Below, in pieces: positions 9,920 to 20,491 of a DNA stretch of 64,000 bases (the first letter of the stretch is position 1; every line of letters begins with the position of its first letter). The notes under the pieces are model-generated. The model saw only the letters and a program-made list of their open reading frames with translations. It searched no databases and had not been told where the DNA came from. The stretch covers positions 32,001-96,000 of the IMG/VR virus record IMGVR_UViG_3300044729_002678; one strand, 5' to 3'. A program made the position numbers and the translations under genes. The DNA comes from a virus.

Positions 9920-12667
9920 TTATTTATAATCATATATTTTAGTACTTTTGCTAGAATGTAATTCGCTTCCTAACAATTTTAAGGTTATTGAAATATCAAC
10001 GCCCATTGGAAGTTGGTTCTCGTTAGAATCCTTATTCAACCCAATTTCCCAAGTAAAATCATCAGGAACCGTATATGTTAAATTTGTAATTAAAGCCGGA
10101 AACTTTTCATACATTGTTCCAAGAGTAAAGTTTGTTATATTACCACGATATCCATTACCCGCATTACCCATAAGATAGGTTGGCATAGTCATTCTACCTA
10201 ATTGGTCTAATTTTTTCCACATTGGTAATAATTCTTTAACTGAATAGGCGAATACTCTAAAACCAAAAGTCAATTCTCTACTAAATGTATCATAAATATA
10301 TGCGTTTTCTGCTCTACCACTATATTTTATTTCCGTCCAATTTGGAGTGAAAGTTTCACTTATACTATTAACAGTTCCTCTAAATTGAATGGTTGTACCT
10401 GATGTGGTAAAAGAAAGTTTTATTAAGTCTAAATTACCATCACCAGTAGTAGATATTCCTATCGTTCTATCTGATTTTCCTAACCCCATTTTGTTTTCTA
10501 TGTTTTTGTCGGTGTAATAATTATCATTGTAATTAGTAATTTTAGCCTTTAAGTTTTCCTTATATGTATTTGATTTTTTTGTTCTAAAATCGTTGAATGA
10601 AGTTTTATAGTCGGTTTTTGCATTTGCGAAATTTCTAATATCATCATAGTTTAATACCTCATCGCTAGCAACTACTCTTGTCTTTAATTTTTTACTTTTA
10701 GGTTTACCATTTTCAAATAATTTTTCATATCCCGTTGGTGGGGTTTTTCCCTCATCATATTGTTTATTGGCAAGAGGTCCAAACGATTCATCTTTGGTTG
10801 TCGGTGAAAGGTCTATAAATGATTTTTCGTATGTATTTTTAAAGTCTTCGTTTGGATTTCGTGGTGTTTTTAAAGGTACAGAAGCTAGCTCAACGCTGTT
10901 TGGTAATGGTAATTCGATTGTTTTTGTTTCAAAAATTGGATTAAATTTTTGATTGTAGTTTGCTTTCTTATTTCCATAATCTTGTCCAGGATTACTGAAT
11001 GTATTTGTGGATGTATTTGTGGTTGAAATACCAATCCCATAAACACTTTCAGGTCCACCATTTTGTGACCGTAATGGAACTTTGTTAAGGTTATTACCTA
11101 ATCTCTTTAAAACATCAGAATCCTTTCTAAAACTTTCTAATTTAGTTTTATATCCTCCAGTTAATATGTTTTGATATGTATCGGTGTCTAATGATGTTTC
11201 AATTGGTAATAACCCATGTCTTTGTGGTTTAAAACCAATGTGTTGCCCGCCAACTGCAGCCAATAAATTTATAGGTGTCCATAATTTATTATAGGTATTT
11301 GTTCGTTGCATGCCAAATTGTAATACCGACCAAACCAATCCTTTGGGGGATAATATAAATCTACCAATTCTATATACATCTATTAATGCTCTTTCGGTAG
11401 ATGATACAACACCACCCCGTATTAAATCAATACCACCGGTTACAAGAGATTCAGGAACACCAAATCCCCATTTTTGTGGTTCTTTTTTTCCTTTTCTTTG
11501 TATTCCCCTCAATACAAATGGTTGATTAAAAAGTGGCGGAAGTGGGTTAAAAGAATCATCTTGCAAATTATATTGTGAGTAAATTTTGTCTATATATGAT
11601 GGTGAATTTTCTCTTAATAATAAATCACCAATACTTACATACCCCTCTTCATATTTTTTACCATATACCCATTTTTGATTTCCGTTTTGATAGTTTGCTA
11701 ACGAAGAACCTTCTAATTTTATTTTATTTCCAGGACTAAAACTTAACCCATAATCACCATTAAAATTTACTTTGGGTGATGTAAATTTATCACCATTAAT
11801 ACCTGTAAATTTAGTTTCGTTTTTATCCACAAAGTTTTTTGTAAAGCCGGTCGCATCATCGTTTGGAAAAAAGTTTACTTCACCCAATTTTGAGTTAGGT
11901 ATTCGTTGTGTAAAAATCCCATTATTTATATCAACAAATTGAGTATTCTTAATTTTTGGTGTAAAGCCTTTAGCATCCGTATTAGGAAAATAATCAGTTA
12001 TTGATATTGTTGGCGTTGTAAATTGTGGTGTGAAATTAAAAATTTGTGGAGTTGTAGCGGGTTTATTAGGTGTAGCACCTAATGGATTAGGAGTTGTAGC
12101 AGGTTTATCAGGTGTATCACCCAATAAAGTAGGGGTTATGGCCGGTTTATCGGGTGTATCACCCAATAAAGTAGGGGTTATGGCCGGTTTATCAGGTGTA
12201 TCGCCCAATTGATTAGGGGTTGTTTCTCCTAAAAACTTTCCTTCTAAACTTAATCTATTTGGGTCAGTTTCTCCCAAAAATTTTGCTTCTAATGTTAGAG
12301 GTTTTGGGGATGTTAAACCTGATAAATTAAAACGGGTTTCTCTCATCTTAGTAGTAAACCCATCCGCAGATGTGTTTGGAAAAAAATCAACACTACTTAA
12401 TTGTGGTGTTGTAAATTGAGGTGAAAAATCAAAATTATTTGGTGTTGTTTCACCTACAAACTTTTCTTCACGTTTATATGTTGGAGTTATACCTACTTTT
12501 TCAGTAGTTTTTTCTATTTTAGATGGAGAAGATAATCCAGTTAACAACCCAGAAAGTGGAGTCTTATCATTATCATAATTTATTTTTGTAGATTGAGTTT
12601 CTACAATAGGTTTTTGTATTGGCCTTCTAAATTTTGATAAATCTGATTTTAATTCTGTCAGAGCCAT
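9920..12667 (-). CDS. Putative tail tube initiator / baseplate protein with a repetitive N-terminal region
   Basis: Follows the tape measure; C-terminal FRG...ISETFTPNW..IKYSGRAE..YIY..FSR domain. Confidence 0.55.
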   Translation of the reverse strand: MALTELKSDLSKFRRPIQKPIVETQSTKINYDNDKTPLSGLLTGLSSPSKIEKTTEKVGITPTYKREEKFVGETTPNNFDFSPQFTTPQLSSVDFFPNTSADGFTTKMRETRFNLSGLTSPKPLTLEAKFLGETDPNRLSLEGKFLGETTPNQLGDTPDKPAITPTLLGDTPDKPAITPTLLGDTPDKPATTPNPLGATPNKPATTPQIFNFTPQFTTPTISITDYFPNTDAKGFTPKIKNTQFVDINNGIFTQRIPNSKLGEVNFFPNDDATGFTKNFVDKNETKFTGINGDKFTSPKVNFNGDYGLSFSPGNKIKLEGSSLANYQNGNQKWVYGKKYEEGYVSIGDLLLRENSPSYIDKIYSQYNLQDDSFNPLPPLFNQPFVLRGIQRKGKKEPQKWGFGVPESLVTGGIDLIRGGVVSSTERALIDVYRIGRFILSPKGLVWSVLQFGMQRTNTYNKLWTPINLLAAVGGQHIGFKPQRHGLLPIETSLDTDTYQNILTGGYKTKLESFRKDSDVLKRLGNNLNKVPLRSQNGGPESVYGIGISTTNTSTNTFSNPGQDYGNKKANYNQKFNPIFETKTIELPLPNSVELASVPLKTPRNPNEDFKNTYEKSFIDLSPTTKDESFGPLANKQYDEGKTPPTGYEKLFENGKPKSKKLKTRVVASDEVLNYDDIRNFANAKTDYKTSFNDFRTKKSNTYKENLKAKITNYNDNYYTDKNIENKMGLGKSDRTIGISTTGDGNLDLIKLSFTTSGTTIQFRGTVNSISETFTPNWTEIKYSGRAENAYIYDTFSRELTFGFRVFAYSVKELLPMWKKLDQLGRMTMPTYLMGNAGNGYRGNITNFTLGTMYEKFPALITNLTYTVPDDFTWEIGLNKDSNENQLPMGVDISITLKLLGSELHSSKSTKIYDYK
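12048..12210 (-). repeat. 42-bp in-frame tandem repeat (LGDTPDKPAITPTL), about 4 copies
   Basis: ggtttatc(a/g)ggtgtatcacccaataaagtaggggttatggcc repeated. Confidence 0.9.
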
Positions 12668-12681
12668 AGTTTATTTCCCCA

Positions 12682-14802
12682 TTATTTATTTACATAACTA
12701 TTAATTGCACGAGAACTACGATTTATCTCACCAACAATTTTATTGTTTAATACCACATTTATTGGTTGATTTTTAATATCTGCCCTTAATCCCCTAATTT
12801 CTTCTAATAACGGGTCTGATTGTTTTCTATCATCCGATGTTTCGGTTATTGAACCGCCCCCACCACCATTTAATGCGTTTGCTATTAAAGCTATACCAGC
12901 CCCCAAAGCAACTAAGGCAACCAATGTAGGTATTACGGGAGTCATCGCAGCTAAACCAACAGCCAAAGGTATAAAAGCTAATCCAAGAGCGGCAAACGCA
13001 GGAGCTAAACTTAACAATCCGTTGGCTGTTTCTGGTGTTGCTATTTTTACAATAAAATCTCCAATTGAACCTATAACTTCCCCAATGGCTTTTCCTATCG
13101 CTATTATTCCTGGTGCTGCTAATTTAAGTGCAAATCCCAAACCTATAATACCAGCAGTAACTACACCAACACCAAGCGCAACCTGAGGAGATGCGAATGA
13201 TTTAAATCCTACGGCTATACCTTGCATAGCACTACCAACACCTCTTCCTGTACTACCAATTGATTTATCAATACTACCTACTTTTCCACCATCTACATTG
13301 GTATCTCCGACACCAGGAACTATATCAGATACACCTCCCCCACCCCTTTTGAATAAATTTAATGGATTAAGGTTTTTGAGACCAGAACTACCTGTCATTA
13401 CTTTGTTGAAAATTATAGCCTGAGCAACCATTTTTACTAATTCCAATGTCATAGCACCAAAGCCGGCTCCTGCGGATGTTGCTCCTGCCGTTATAGCACC
13501 CATAAAAGCACTTCCTTGTTCCAATAATTCTGTGTTAAGGTCAAACGCTTGATTTGCTTTTTCCATCGCCAAAAGCCGTTCATGATCCATACCTAACATA
13601 TTTTGTACTATTTCTTGTTGTTCATAACTCATTTCTGAATAATTTTCTTGGTCACCCATTTGTTCTTTTATTACATTTAAAAGATTTTTTTCCGCTTCTA
13701 ATTTATTTTCTGTACCCCTAGCGGTTCGTAGTTGTACAGCAGCGCCTGTTAAAGCTTGGACATCAAGTTGTTTTCCTGTCATTAATCGAAATTTATTTGC
13801 TTGTTGAATATTATTTTCAATATCCATTAAAGATTTTGAAGAACTTTTTATTGATTCTCTTGTAACACCTTGCTTTACCAATTCTGCGGTTAATCGTGCA
13901 TTAAGAGCCAATTCTTCTTTTGTTGCATTTACAATTAAGTCCTGATTTTCTGCCATTTCCTTTGCAACTTTATTTGCATTCACACCCACACTACCTGCAA
14001 TTTCTTCTATATTATGTACAACATCACTCGCAGCAATTCCAGCATTTTCATACGCTAAAGCCAAATCAACGGCAGATGCCGCATCTCCCGTTAGAGCAGA
14101 TAATTGAGTAACACCTTTTATCATATCTGATGTTGCCATACCAGCATTTCCGTATTGGTCTGCTAATGCATGTGCTGCTTCTGCAGTTGCTTCAGAACCA
14201 TATAATAATCCGGTCATACTGAAATTTGCTTTTCCAATCTCACCACCAATTATCGCCGCATCTCCAGCACTTATACCAAGCTGATGGGTCATATGAAACG
14301 CAGTTCCAACTATATTACTAAATTGTTCCCCCATTTTTTCAAATCCACTAATTGCTGCTTTTGCACCAAGTGCGAAAATACCTCCGGTTTTAAATATTTC
14401 AGCTATATCTTCACTTCCACCCAAAACTCCAGCTAATTCTCCTTTTAATTCTTTATAAAGTTCTTTTTGTTTTTCTAAATTATCTTCTTGTTCTTTTGTT
14501 TTTTTTAATAGCGCAATTTGCGTATCAAGCATATCCAATGCTATTTTACTAATCTTTCTACCAAGCTTTACTTCATTTTCAATAAAAGCATCTCTTTTTT
14601 CAATTAAAGCTGATATTTGACTTTCTAAATCGTTGTGCTCTTTTACAACAGAAACAATTTCTTTCATCTTTTCTTTAGTTGAATCACTCAAATTATTTGC
14701 GATTTGAAAGTTTTTTGCAAATATGTTACTCATATCACGAGCATTTTCAAGAGCTTTTAAAGTATCTCTTCCCAAATTCGGCGAATCAGTATCCATTGCC
14801 AT
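12682..14802 (-). CDS. Tape measure protein
   Basis: 706 aa, helical and Ala/Gly-rich with hydrophobic C-terminal segments; downstream of tube and chaperone. Confidence 0.8.
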   Translation of the reverse strand: MAMDTDSPNLGRDTLKALENARDMSNIFAKNFQIANNLSDSTKEKMKEIVSVVKEHNDLESQISALIEKRDAFIENEVKLGRKISKIALDMLDTQIALLKKTKEQEDNLEKQKELYKELKGELAGVLGGSEDIAEIFKTGGIFALGAKAAISGFEKMGEQFSNIVGTAFHMTHQLGISAGDAAIIGGEIGKANFSMTGLLYGSEATAEAAHALADQYGNAGMATSDMIKGVTQLSALTGDAASAVDLALAYENAGIAASDVVHNIEEIAGSVGVNANKVAKEMAENQDLIVNATKEELALNARLTAELVKQGVTRESIKSSSKSLMDIENNIQQANKFRLMTGKQLDVQALTGAAVQLRTARGTENKLEAEKNLLNVIKEQMGDQENYSEMSYEQQEIVQNMLGMDHERLLAMEKANQAFDLNTELLEQGSAFMGAITAGATSAGAGFGAMTLELVKMVAQAIIFNKVMTGSSGLKNLNPLNLFKRGGGGVSDIVPGVGDTNVDGGKVGSIDKSIGSTGRGVGSAMQGIAVGFKSFASPQVALGVGVVTAGIIGLGFALKLAAPGIIAIGKAIGEVIGSIGDFIVKIATPETANGLLSLAPAFAALGLAFIPLAVGLAAMTPVIPTLVALVALGAGIALIANALNGGGGGSITETSDDRKQSDPLLEEIRGLRADIKNQPINVVLNNKIVGEINRSSRAINSYVNK

Positions 14803-14816
14803 ATAACTATGTCCCC

Positions 14817-15086
14817 TTAATCCAACTTATATTTTTCAGGTCTAACAAAATTACCCTGTCTATCAAGATTAACTAATTTTAATTGTGTATCTGGTACATT
14901 TTCCCAAGAACCCCACATTTTTATAAGTAATTTTTTTATATCATCATTTATAACATCAAGTTCTTTATCTAATTTTTCTATTTGGTTTTTTATTCGTTTT
15001 TTTCTATTAAAAAAAATATCAAAAATTCCTTCATTGATATTATGCTTTTTTAATACCTTTTTTACTTCTGATAATTTTACTTTCAT
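14817..15086 (-). CDS. Small hypothetical protein with MKxKLS...INE leader
   Basis: 89-aa ORF with its own late motif at 15107-15114. Confidence 0.65.
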   Translation of the reverse strand: MKVKLSEVKKVLKKHNINEGIFDIFFNRKKRIKNQIEKLDKELDVINDDIKKLLIKMWGSWENVPDTQLKLVNLDRQGNFVRPEKYKLD

Positions 15087-15114
15087 ATTACCCTTAATTT
15101 ATATAATATAAATA

Positions 15115-15142
15115 TAGAAATACCCAATATTTCTATTGGGTA
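15115..15142 (-). terminator. Rho-independent terminator
   Basis: TACCCAATA-N4-TATTGGGTA stem followed by a T-rich tail on the minus strand. Confidence 0.7.
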
Positions 15143-15145
15143 TCC

Positions 15146-15373
15146 TTATCTTCTTTTTGATTGTGATTTTATTCTCGCTGCTTCTTTATCGTGTGCTGCT
15201 TTTTCTTCTTTTTTAAACTCAATAATTTTGGTTATATAAAACTGGCGCATCCAAATGGGCATGTTATACACATCTGACCAATTAAACCCACCATTACCAT
15301 GAAATATTAAATCAAAAATTTGTGAGTGTAATAATTTTCTATACTCAGGTTGATGGCCAAAAAAAGGAAACAT
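15146..15373 (-). CDS. C-terminal (frameshift) extension of the tail assembly chaperone
   Basis: Overlaps the end of the upstream gene at a T7 run; no SD; WSDVYNMPIW motif. Confidence 0.7.
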   Translation of the reverse strand: MFPFFGHQPEYRKLLHSQIFDLIFHGNGGFNWSDVYNMPIWMRQFYITKIIEFKKEEKAAHDKEAARIKSQSKRR

Positions 15374-16214
15374 CCATAGGTAGGCTTATTTCCCTCCTTT
15401 CCCCAGTTTCATCTGAAATAAATTCATATGTTAAATCTACATCAGGTGTAACTTCATTTATATACTTTCGTAATTCTCGTGAATCTAATGCAAATAATTC
15501 GTTATCTACAAAATGATTTATTTTTTGTTGGTTATATTCCCCATCAACCGATAGAATAACAGTTTTTAAACGGGTTGTCAATTCTTTAGAAACATCATCT
15601 TTTAACTTTTTATTAACCTTTTTCAATTCCTCCAAATCATGTTTTATTTTTCGGTCTTTAGATTCCGTCAAAGCCATAAAGGTAATTTTTCGCTTGGAAT
15701 GAGGTAATAAGAACTCAAACTCATTTTTGTTTAATTCTATTTGAGCAGAACCATCATACTCTTTATTTTGGAATTGTGTTAAATCAATTGATTCTTTTTG
15801 TTTTTTTCCACTAAATGGGTCGGTAATCTCAACTTCATAATCTTTACCATATCCCAAAATACGGCTTGAAATCATTATTGCGTTTTTATCACCAACTGTT
15901 AAATCGGTGTATTTAATGGGTTGTCCTTCCCCGTTGGAAATAATAAGTGATTGAAATAATTTATCCAAAACCGAACCATCTCTAATATAAGATTGTGTTG
16001 TTAAAATATCTTCTTCCTTTGCAGTCATATATTTCAATTCAATTTTACCCGAAGATAGTGGATTATCTTTTGGATAAATCAACCCACGAGATGGTAATTC
16101 TATAATCTCCGTTGGAAAGTTGTATTCTTTTAATTTTTGTGTTTCGTAGGCCTGCTTTATACTTTCTACTACTTCTTTATTACTCTGATATTCATCAGTA
16201 AGATTTTGGCTCAT
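15345..16214 (-). CDS. Tail assembly chaperone / baseplate hub assembly protein (gp26-like)
   Basis: ELPSRG..YP, MTAKEEDIL, ends FFWP; lies between tube and tape measure. Confidence 0.75.
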   Translation of the reverse strand: MSQNLTDEYQSNKEVVESIKQAYETQKLKEYNFPTEIIELPSRGLIYPKDNPLSSGKIELKYMTAKEEDILTTQSYIRDGSVLDKLFQSLIISNGEGQPIKYTDLTVGDKNAIMISSRILGYGKDYEVEITDPFSGKKQKESIDLTQFQNKEYDGSAQIELNKNEFEFLLPHSKRKITFMALTESKDRKIKHDLEELKKVNKKLKDDVSKELTTRLKTVILSVDGEYNQQKINHFVDNELFALDSRELRKYINEVTPDVDLTYEFISDETGERREISLPMDVSFFWPST

Positions 16215-16263
16215 AACATTTTCTCCTTTATATATAAATACAAAATTAAGATATTTTTAATAC

Positions 16264-16292
16264 AAAAAGAAAAACCCCCAAAAAGGGGGTTT
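16264..16292 (-). terminator. Rho-independent terminator after the tail tube gene
   Basis: AAACCCCC-N5-GGGGGTTT followed by a T tract. Confidence 0.8.
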
Positions 16293-16333
16293 AGCATTTT
16301 TCAATTTATATTTTTTACAATCCGAAAAATAAA

Positions 16334-16825
16334 TCAATACTGTAACACGGCGTAATCATAGGATAATCCAAGTTCAACATTTGCTAATTCAGAGTCTGAA
16401 GTATAATCCATATCGGAGAATTTGGCACGAGTGATAAAAGCCCCCTTCAATGTCCATTCTTCAACTTTATCACCAACAGGTCCTAATGCATGGAATGTAA
16501 TTTCTTTTTTATAAAAGTCGGAATAACCATCTCTACCTGTTACAGATTCGTGATGTAAACGAACCCATTCCATTACTGCTTGCGCACCAGATGGAACAAT
16601 CGGGTCATAAAGTGTAATTGTTAATTCTTGCCATTCAGACCTACCTTTTACATATCTTTTAACATTGACATGGTCAATAGTTACTCTATTTTGTTGTAAT
16701 TCAGGTCTATTTGCTGCTTTAATTAAATATGCTGGTACACCCTCAATATACATAATAAATCGGTTAGCAACTTTTGGTTCAAAGTTGGTAAACATTATTT
16801 CTTGTGGTGTTAATAATTGTGCCAT
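16334..16825 (-). CDS. Tail tube protein (gp19-like)
   Basis: FEPK..NRF, W..L.ITLYDPI.PSGAQAVMEW, WTLKGAF; follows the sheath. Confidence 0.9.
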   Translation of the reverse strand: MAQLLTPQEIMFTNFEPKVANRFIMYIEGVPAYLIKAANRPELQQNRVTIDHVNVKRYVKGRSEWQELTITLYDPIVPSGAQAVMEWVRLHHESVTGRDGYSDFYKKEITFHALGPVGDKVEEWTLKGAFITRAKFSDMDYTSDSELANVELGLSYDYAVLQY

Positions 16826-16865
16826 TTATTTCTCCTTATTTCCTATAAATATATCTTTTCCTAAA

Positions 16866-19262
16866 TTATCCTTCTGGGAATGCTGCACCAGTTGGTAATA
16901 CAGTAAAGTCTAACACGATGAATTCAGCGGTTTTTGCTGGTTGTAAGAAAATATCACCTTTTAAGATATTTCTATCAATTACATCAGGAGTGTTGTTTGT
17001 ATCATCCATTACAACTCTAAATGCGTACAAACCATTTCTTTGTTGAATTGATTCCAAATAAGGATTAACAATGGATAAGAAACGATTTCGGGTTGCTGCT
17101 GTGTTATTCTCAAACACCAAATATCTTGAAGAAGATGCGATAAACTTCTTAACTGCAATCAACAACCTTCTTACATTAATTCTATCCAAAGCAGATGGTT
17201 TAGCTTGTAGGGTTTTCTGTCCGAATACCGTTGCACCCTGCCCTGGGAATGTTGCGATTGGATTTACTCTACCAACATACAACTCATCTCTTTCATCATG
17301 CGTTAATCTTGTCTTAACTTCAATTACATTTGATAAACCACCCCTATTTAATCCAGCAGGTGCGTACCATTCAGCTGCGACTTGGTCGTTGAATGCTATA
17401 ACACCAGGTAAAACTACCGAAGGTGGGACCCAGACAGGTTTATTTTTATCAGTATCCAATATTTTAACCCACGGATGATAAGTTGCTACATAATTAGAAT
17501 CGAATGATGCCAAATCATTAACAACCGTCGAAATACTATCACTATAAGCCCCTGCATCCATTATATAGAATGTATCACCTCTATCTTCGCAAAGGTCTTT
17601 TGCGTAAGTGGTTACTGAAGAATGTAATCTATTGATAATACCTGGAAGAACCAACATATTCATATCAAATTCATCAGGATTTGATACCGCATTAATTGCT
17701 TTTCTCAATGCAGTAGTTCCTGCTGCCGTTGCGGATGAACAATCCAATCCCTGTGTATTTCCTGCTGAAATGCTACTACCAACCTCTATTTTTCTATTTG
17801 GTGCAAATCCATCAAAGCCACCTTGGAATGGGACCATAAATCTTCTTGCATCCAATGCTGCGGTTGATGCTCCAACGCTTAATGTTATAGGAGTACCATT
17901 TGATTCACAAGTAGCCAAATCAAAATCAGAGCCGGCTGTAGTTAAACCGGTTTTAGGAAGAGGATTTAAGAAATTTAAGTTATCAGTAGTTACAAAATCA
18001 TAAGAATAACCTAAAAATACTCTTTTGTTATACGAACCATCCAAAGATTGACTTACCACATAAGTTGGTGATGGAACGGTGTATGTATTTGGAATTGGTG
18101 AATTTAATGCCCCAAATCCAAATGGAACTAATGATACATCATTTGCAAGCGCATCCACATCGGTATCTACCTCAACTCTAACATAAACTGAATTGTTTGC
18201 GTAATCACCATTTGTGGATAGTTTTCCATTATCGTCTACAGTAATATATTTATCCCCAATAACCCGTTTGATATAATTTGGTGAGTTAGGGTCAAGATTT
18301 AAGTTTGAGAATTGTTCAACAATATTTGGACGAGAATCCGTATCTTGTACACCCTGCCCAAAAATTGAATAAGGGATTTTAGATGTATCTACCCTTCTAA
18401 TTACAACATCAAATGAACCATAATCCGTACCAGGAACATCACCCGATGCTTTAATGTTGGTAATACCAACCTTTAATTCATAGTTTGTTGAATTACCATG
18501 TGATAATGTATGAAACTTAAATAAGTTTTTGGCAACACCACCAATCTTTTGAGATTTAATCCAAGGGGTGGATGCTACTGAATATTGATTCGTAAAATCA
18601 AATAGTGTAAATGAACCTGTCTGAACCGTTACAGTCTGACCTGTTGTTGCAAATGATTCTGATTGGAATGTATTAAAGTTTAAGTAAGTATATGCTGTCT
18701 TTGAACTTTTTGGTAAATAACCATAAGTTTTTGTAAAATAATTGGCGTTACTTGGATTCATTGAAGCAGTAACACTTGTCGAAGAAACACTACTACCAGA
18801 TAAAGTTAATACAAACGATGATGCGGTTATACCACCAGTCGCACCATTTGTATTGGTAACTCTTGAAGAATCAAATATATCCGATGGAGTTGAAGTATTT
18901 GAAAGTGAGCCTGAAATAGTAGGATACAATACTGCTGCTACCCTATTCCCAGCCGAAGATGAAATTGTTAAAACCAACGGGTCGCCAAATGAATACCCTT
19001 CTGTTCCCAATACCCTAACAATAGTTGCGTTTGGGGCGTCTTGTAAATAAGCTTGAGCAGTATAAGGAAGATAAGAATCTTCAGTTAAACCGCCAAACTT
19101 TTGTTGGAATTCATTAAATGATTGTACTTGCGTTGGGACAAATGCAGGTCCTTTGATGGTTTGTCCAATAAGGACACCACCTATTTCTGCTACACCTTGT
19201 GGTAAAAATGATAAGTCACGCTCTCGGGTGAAAACGCCAGGACTAACAATTCTTTCAGCCAT
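16866..19262 (-). CDS. Contractile tail sheath protein (gp18-like)
   Basis: SPGVFTRERD, WYAPAGLNRG, GQKTLQ...SALDRINVRRLL, PAKTAEFI. Confidence 0.95.
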   Translation of the reverse strand: MAERIVSPGVFTRERDLSFLPQGVAEIGGVLIGQTIKGPAFVPTQVQSFNEFQQKFGGLTEDSYLPYTAQAYLQDAPNATIVRVLGTEGYSFGDPLVLTISSSAGNRVAAVLYPTISGSLSNTSTPSDIFDSSRVTNTNGATGGITASSFVLTLSGSSVSSTSVTASMNPSNANYFTKTYGYLPKSSKTAYTYLNFNTFQSESFATTGQTVTVQTGSFTLFDFTNQYSVASTPWIKSQKIGGVAKNLFKFHTLSHGNSTNYELKVGITNIKASGDVPGTDYGSFDVVIRRVDTSKIPYSIFGQGVQDTDSRPNIVEQFSNLNLDPNSPNYIKRVIGDKYITVDDNGKLSTNGDYANNSVYVRVEVDTDVDALANDVSLVPFGFGALNSPIPNTYTVPSPTYVVSQSLDGSYNKRVFLGYSYDFVTTDNLNFLNPLPKTGLTTAGSDFDLATCESNGTPITLSVGASTAALDARRFMVPFQGGFDGFAPNRKIEVGSSISAGNTQGLDCSSATAAGTTALRKAINAVSNPDEFDMNMLVLPGIINRLHSSVTTYAKDLCEDRGDTFYIMDAGAYSDSISTVVNDLASFDSNYVATYHPWVKILDTDKNKPVWVPPSVVLPGVIAFNDQVAAEWYAPAGLNRGGLSNVIEVKTRLTHDERDELYVGRVNPIATFPGQGATVFGQKTLQAKPSALDRINVRRLLIAVKKFIASSSRYLVFENNTAATRNRFLSIVNPYLESIQQRNGLYAFRVVMDDTNNTPDVIDRNILKGDIFLQPAKTAEFIVLDFTVLPTGAAFPEG

Positions 19263-19302
19263 TATATTCTCCTAATAGTTTTTGTTTCTATATAATAAAT
19301 AC

Positions 19303-19322
19303 AAAAAAATTAGGGAAACCTA
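19303..19322 (-). terminator. Possible short terminator
   Basis: TAGG-N4-CCTA plus T7 on the minus strand. Confidence 0.4.
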
Positions 19323-19325
19323 TAT

Positions 19326-19607
19326 TTATTGAGCCGATGTAAAGGTATTTGTATCAATATCGTATGAACCCACTCCATATTTTTGAGTAAGTTCTTTTCC
19401 AAACTCATTTTGGGTTTGAGCGAGTTCTTTATAATTTTTAATTAATTCTTCCTTTTCGGCTCGCAAACTTGCGAAAATTTCCTCTAATTCTTTGGATTGT
19501 ATTTCTATTTCTCCAAGTCTTGCCGTAACTGCCAAGTTTTTTTGACGAAATTCTAAAAGTCGTTCTCTTTCAGTATCTTCAAATTGCTTTACTACTTTTT
19601 CTTCCAT
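19326..19607 (-). CDS. Small coiled-coil hypothetical protein
   Basis: 93 aa, heptad pattern, ends KYG.G..DI.T..F. Confidence 0.7.
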   Translation of the reverse strand: MEEKVVKQFEDTERERLLEFRQKNLAVTARLGEIEIQSKELEEIFASLRAEKEELIKNYKELAQTQNEFGKELTQKYGVGSYDIDTNTFTSAQ

Positions 19608-19651
19608 AGATTTTGTTTTTTATATTGTTTATTAATAAATATTGAAAAAAG

Positions 19652-20488
19652 TTATTTAAAATCAGTTTCTTCGTTTAATCCACCACTTAATTTTGGACTT
19701 TCATTAAAAATTATTTTTCCAACTGAATATATTTTTTTATTGTTTGGTATCATCCCCGCATATTCGGGTATAATATAGGCTTTTGTAACCAAAGTAATAC
19801 TTGCTCTTACAATTCTATCATCATTTATATCTTGTATCGTTTCAAAGTTATAACTATCACCTTTTACCTGAAACTTAAACCTATCACCAAAAGACCTTCC
19901 TTGAAAGAAAATAATTTGTTCAACTACTTTGTTTAATTGTTCCATATAATCACACCAAACCGTCATTTCATACGAAACATCTAAATAATCAGGTCTTTCT
20001 ACTGCTATATATTCTTTTACAGGTTTTTGCCCCGTCAATAATGAAAATTGGTCATATCTATTAGCTTTTGTATATTTCCGTTCAAATGCTTGATGCGCAT
20101 CTTCGGAGTTTAATACTTTTAACTTTGCTGCATTTTGATTTGTGGATAACCCCGTTCTTTTAAATACAATAATTGGTGTTTGTATTTTACCATTTGTATC
20201 CCGTATAAAAGAATCTTTTTGAGCCGATGACCATTTTTCAGGATTTGCATAAATAACAGGCACACTAATTATTTGCCCATCATCTTCTATAAAAGGTTTT
20301 ACATTATTGACTAAAAAATCCCTAAAAGCAAGGTCAATATCATAAATACCTACTGATATATTTTTTGTTTTATCATCATCCCTCCGAACCTGTTTTGCTT
20401 TGTTCAACTTCGGGTTTTCCGATGTTGATGACATAGTCTGCTTTAAATCAGGCTTTTCTGAGTTTATATTTCTATATGTGTTAGGCAT
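19652..20488 (-). CDS. Tail completion / sheath stabiliser (gp15-like)
   Basis: VPVIYANPEKW, PDYLDVSYE; between neck and sheath genes. Confidence 0.65.
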   Translation of the reverse strand: MPNTYRNINSEKPDLKQTMSSTSENPKLNKAKQVRRDDDKTKNISVGIYDIDLAFRDFLVNNVKPFIEDDGQIISVPVIYANPEKWSSAQKDSFIRDTNGKIQTPIIVFKRTGLSTNQNAAKLKVLNSEDAHQAFERKYTKANRYDQFSLLTGQKPVKEYIAVERPDYLDVSYEMTVWCDYMEQLNKVVEQIIFFQGRSFGDRFKFQVKGDSYNFETIQDINDDRIVRASITLVTKAYIIPEYAGMIPNNKKIYSVGKIIFNESPKLSGGLNEETDFK

Positions 20489-20491
20489 TTA

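Noticed and set aside
12048-12210. Periodic repeats here and at 33790-33985 and 45390-45514 as a possible CRISPR array
   Set aside because: Periods are multiples of 3, in frame within proteins, with no unique spacers and no cas genes
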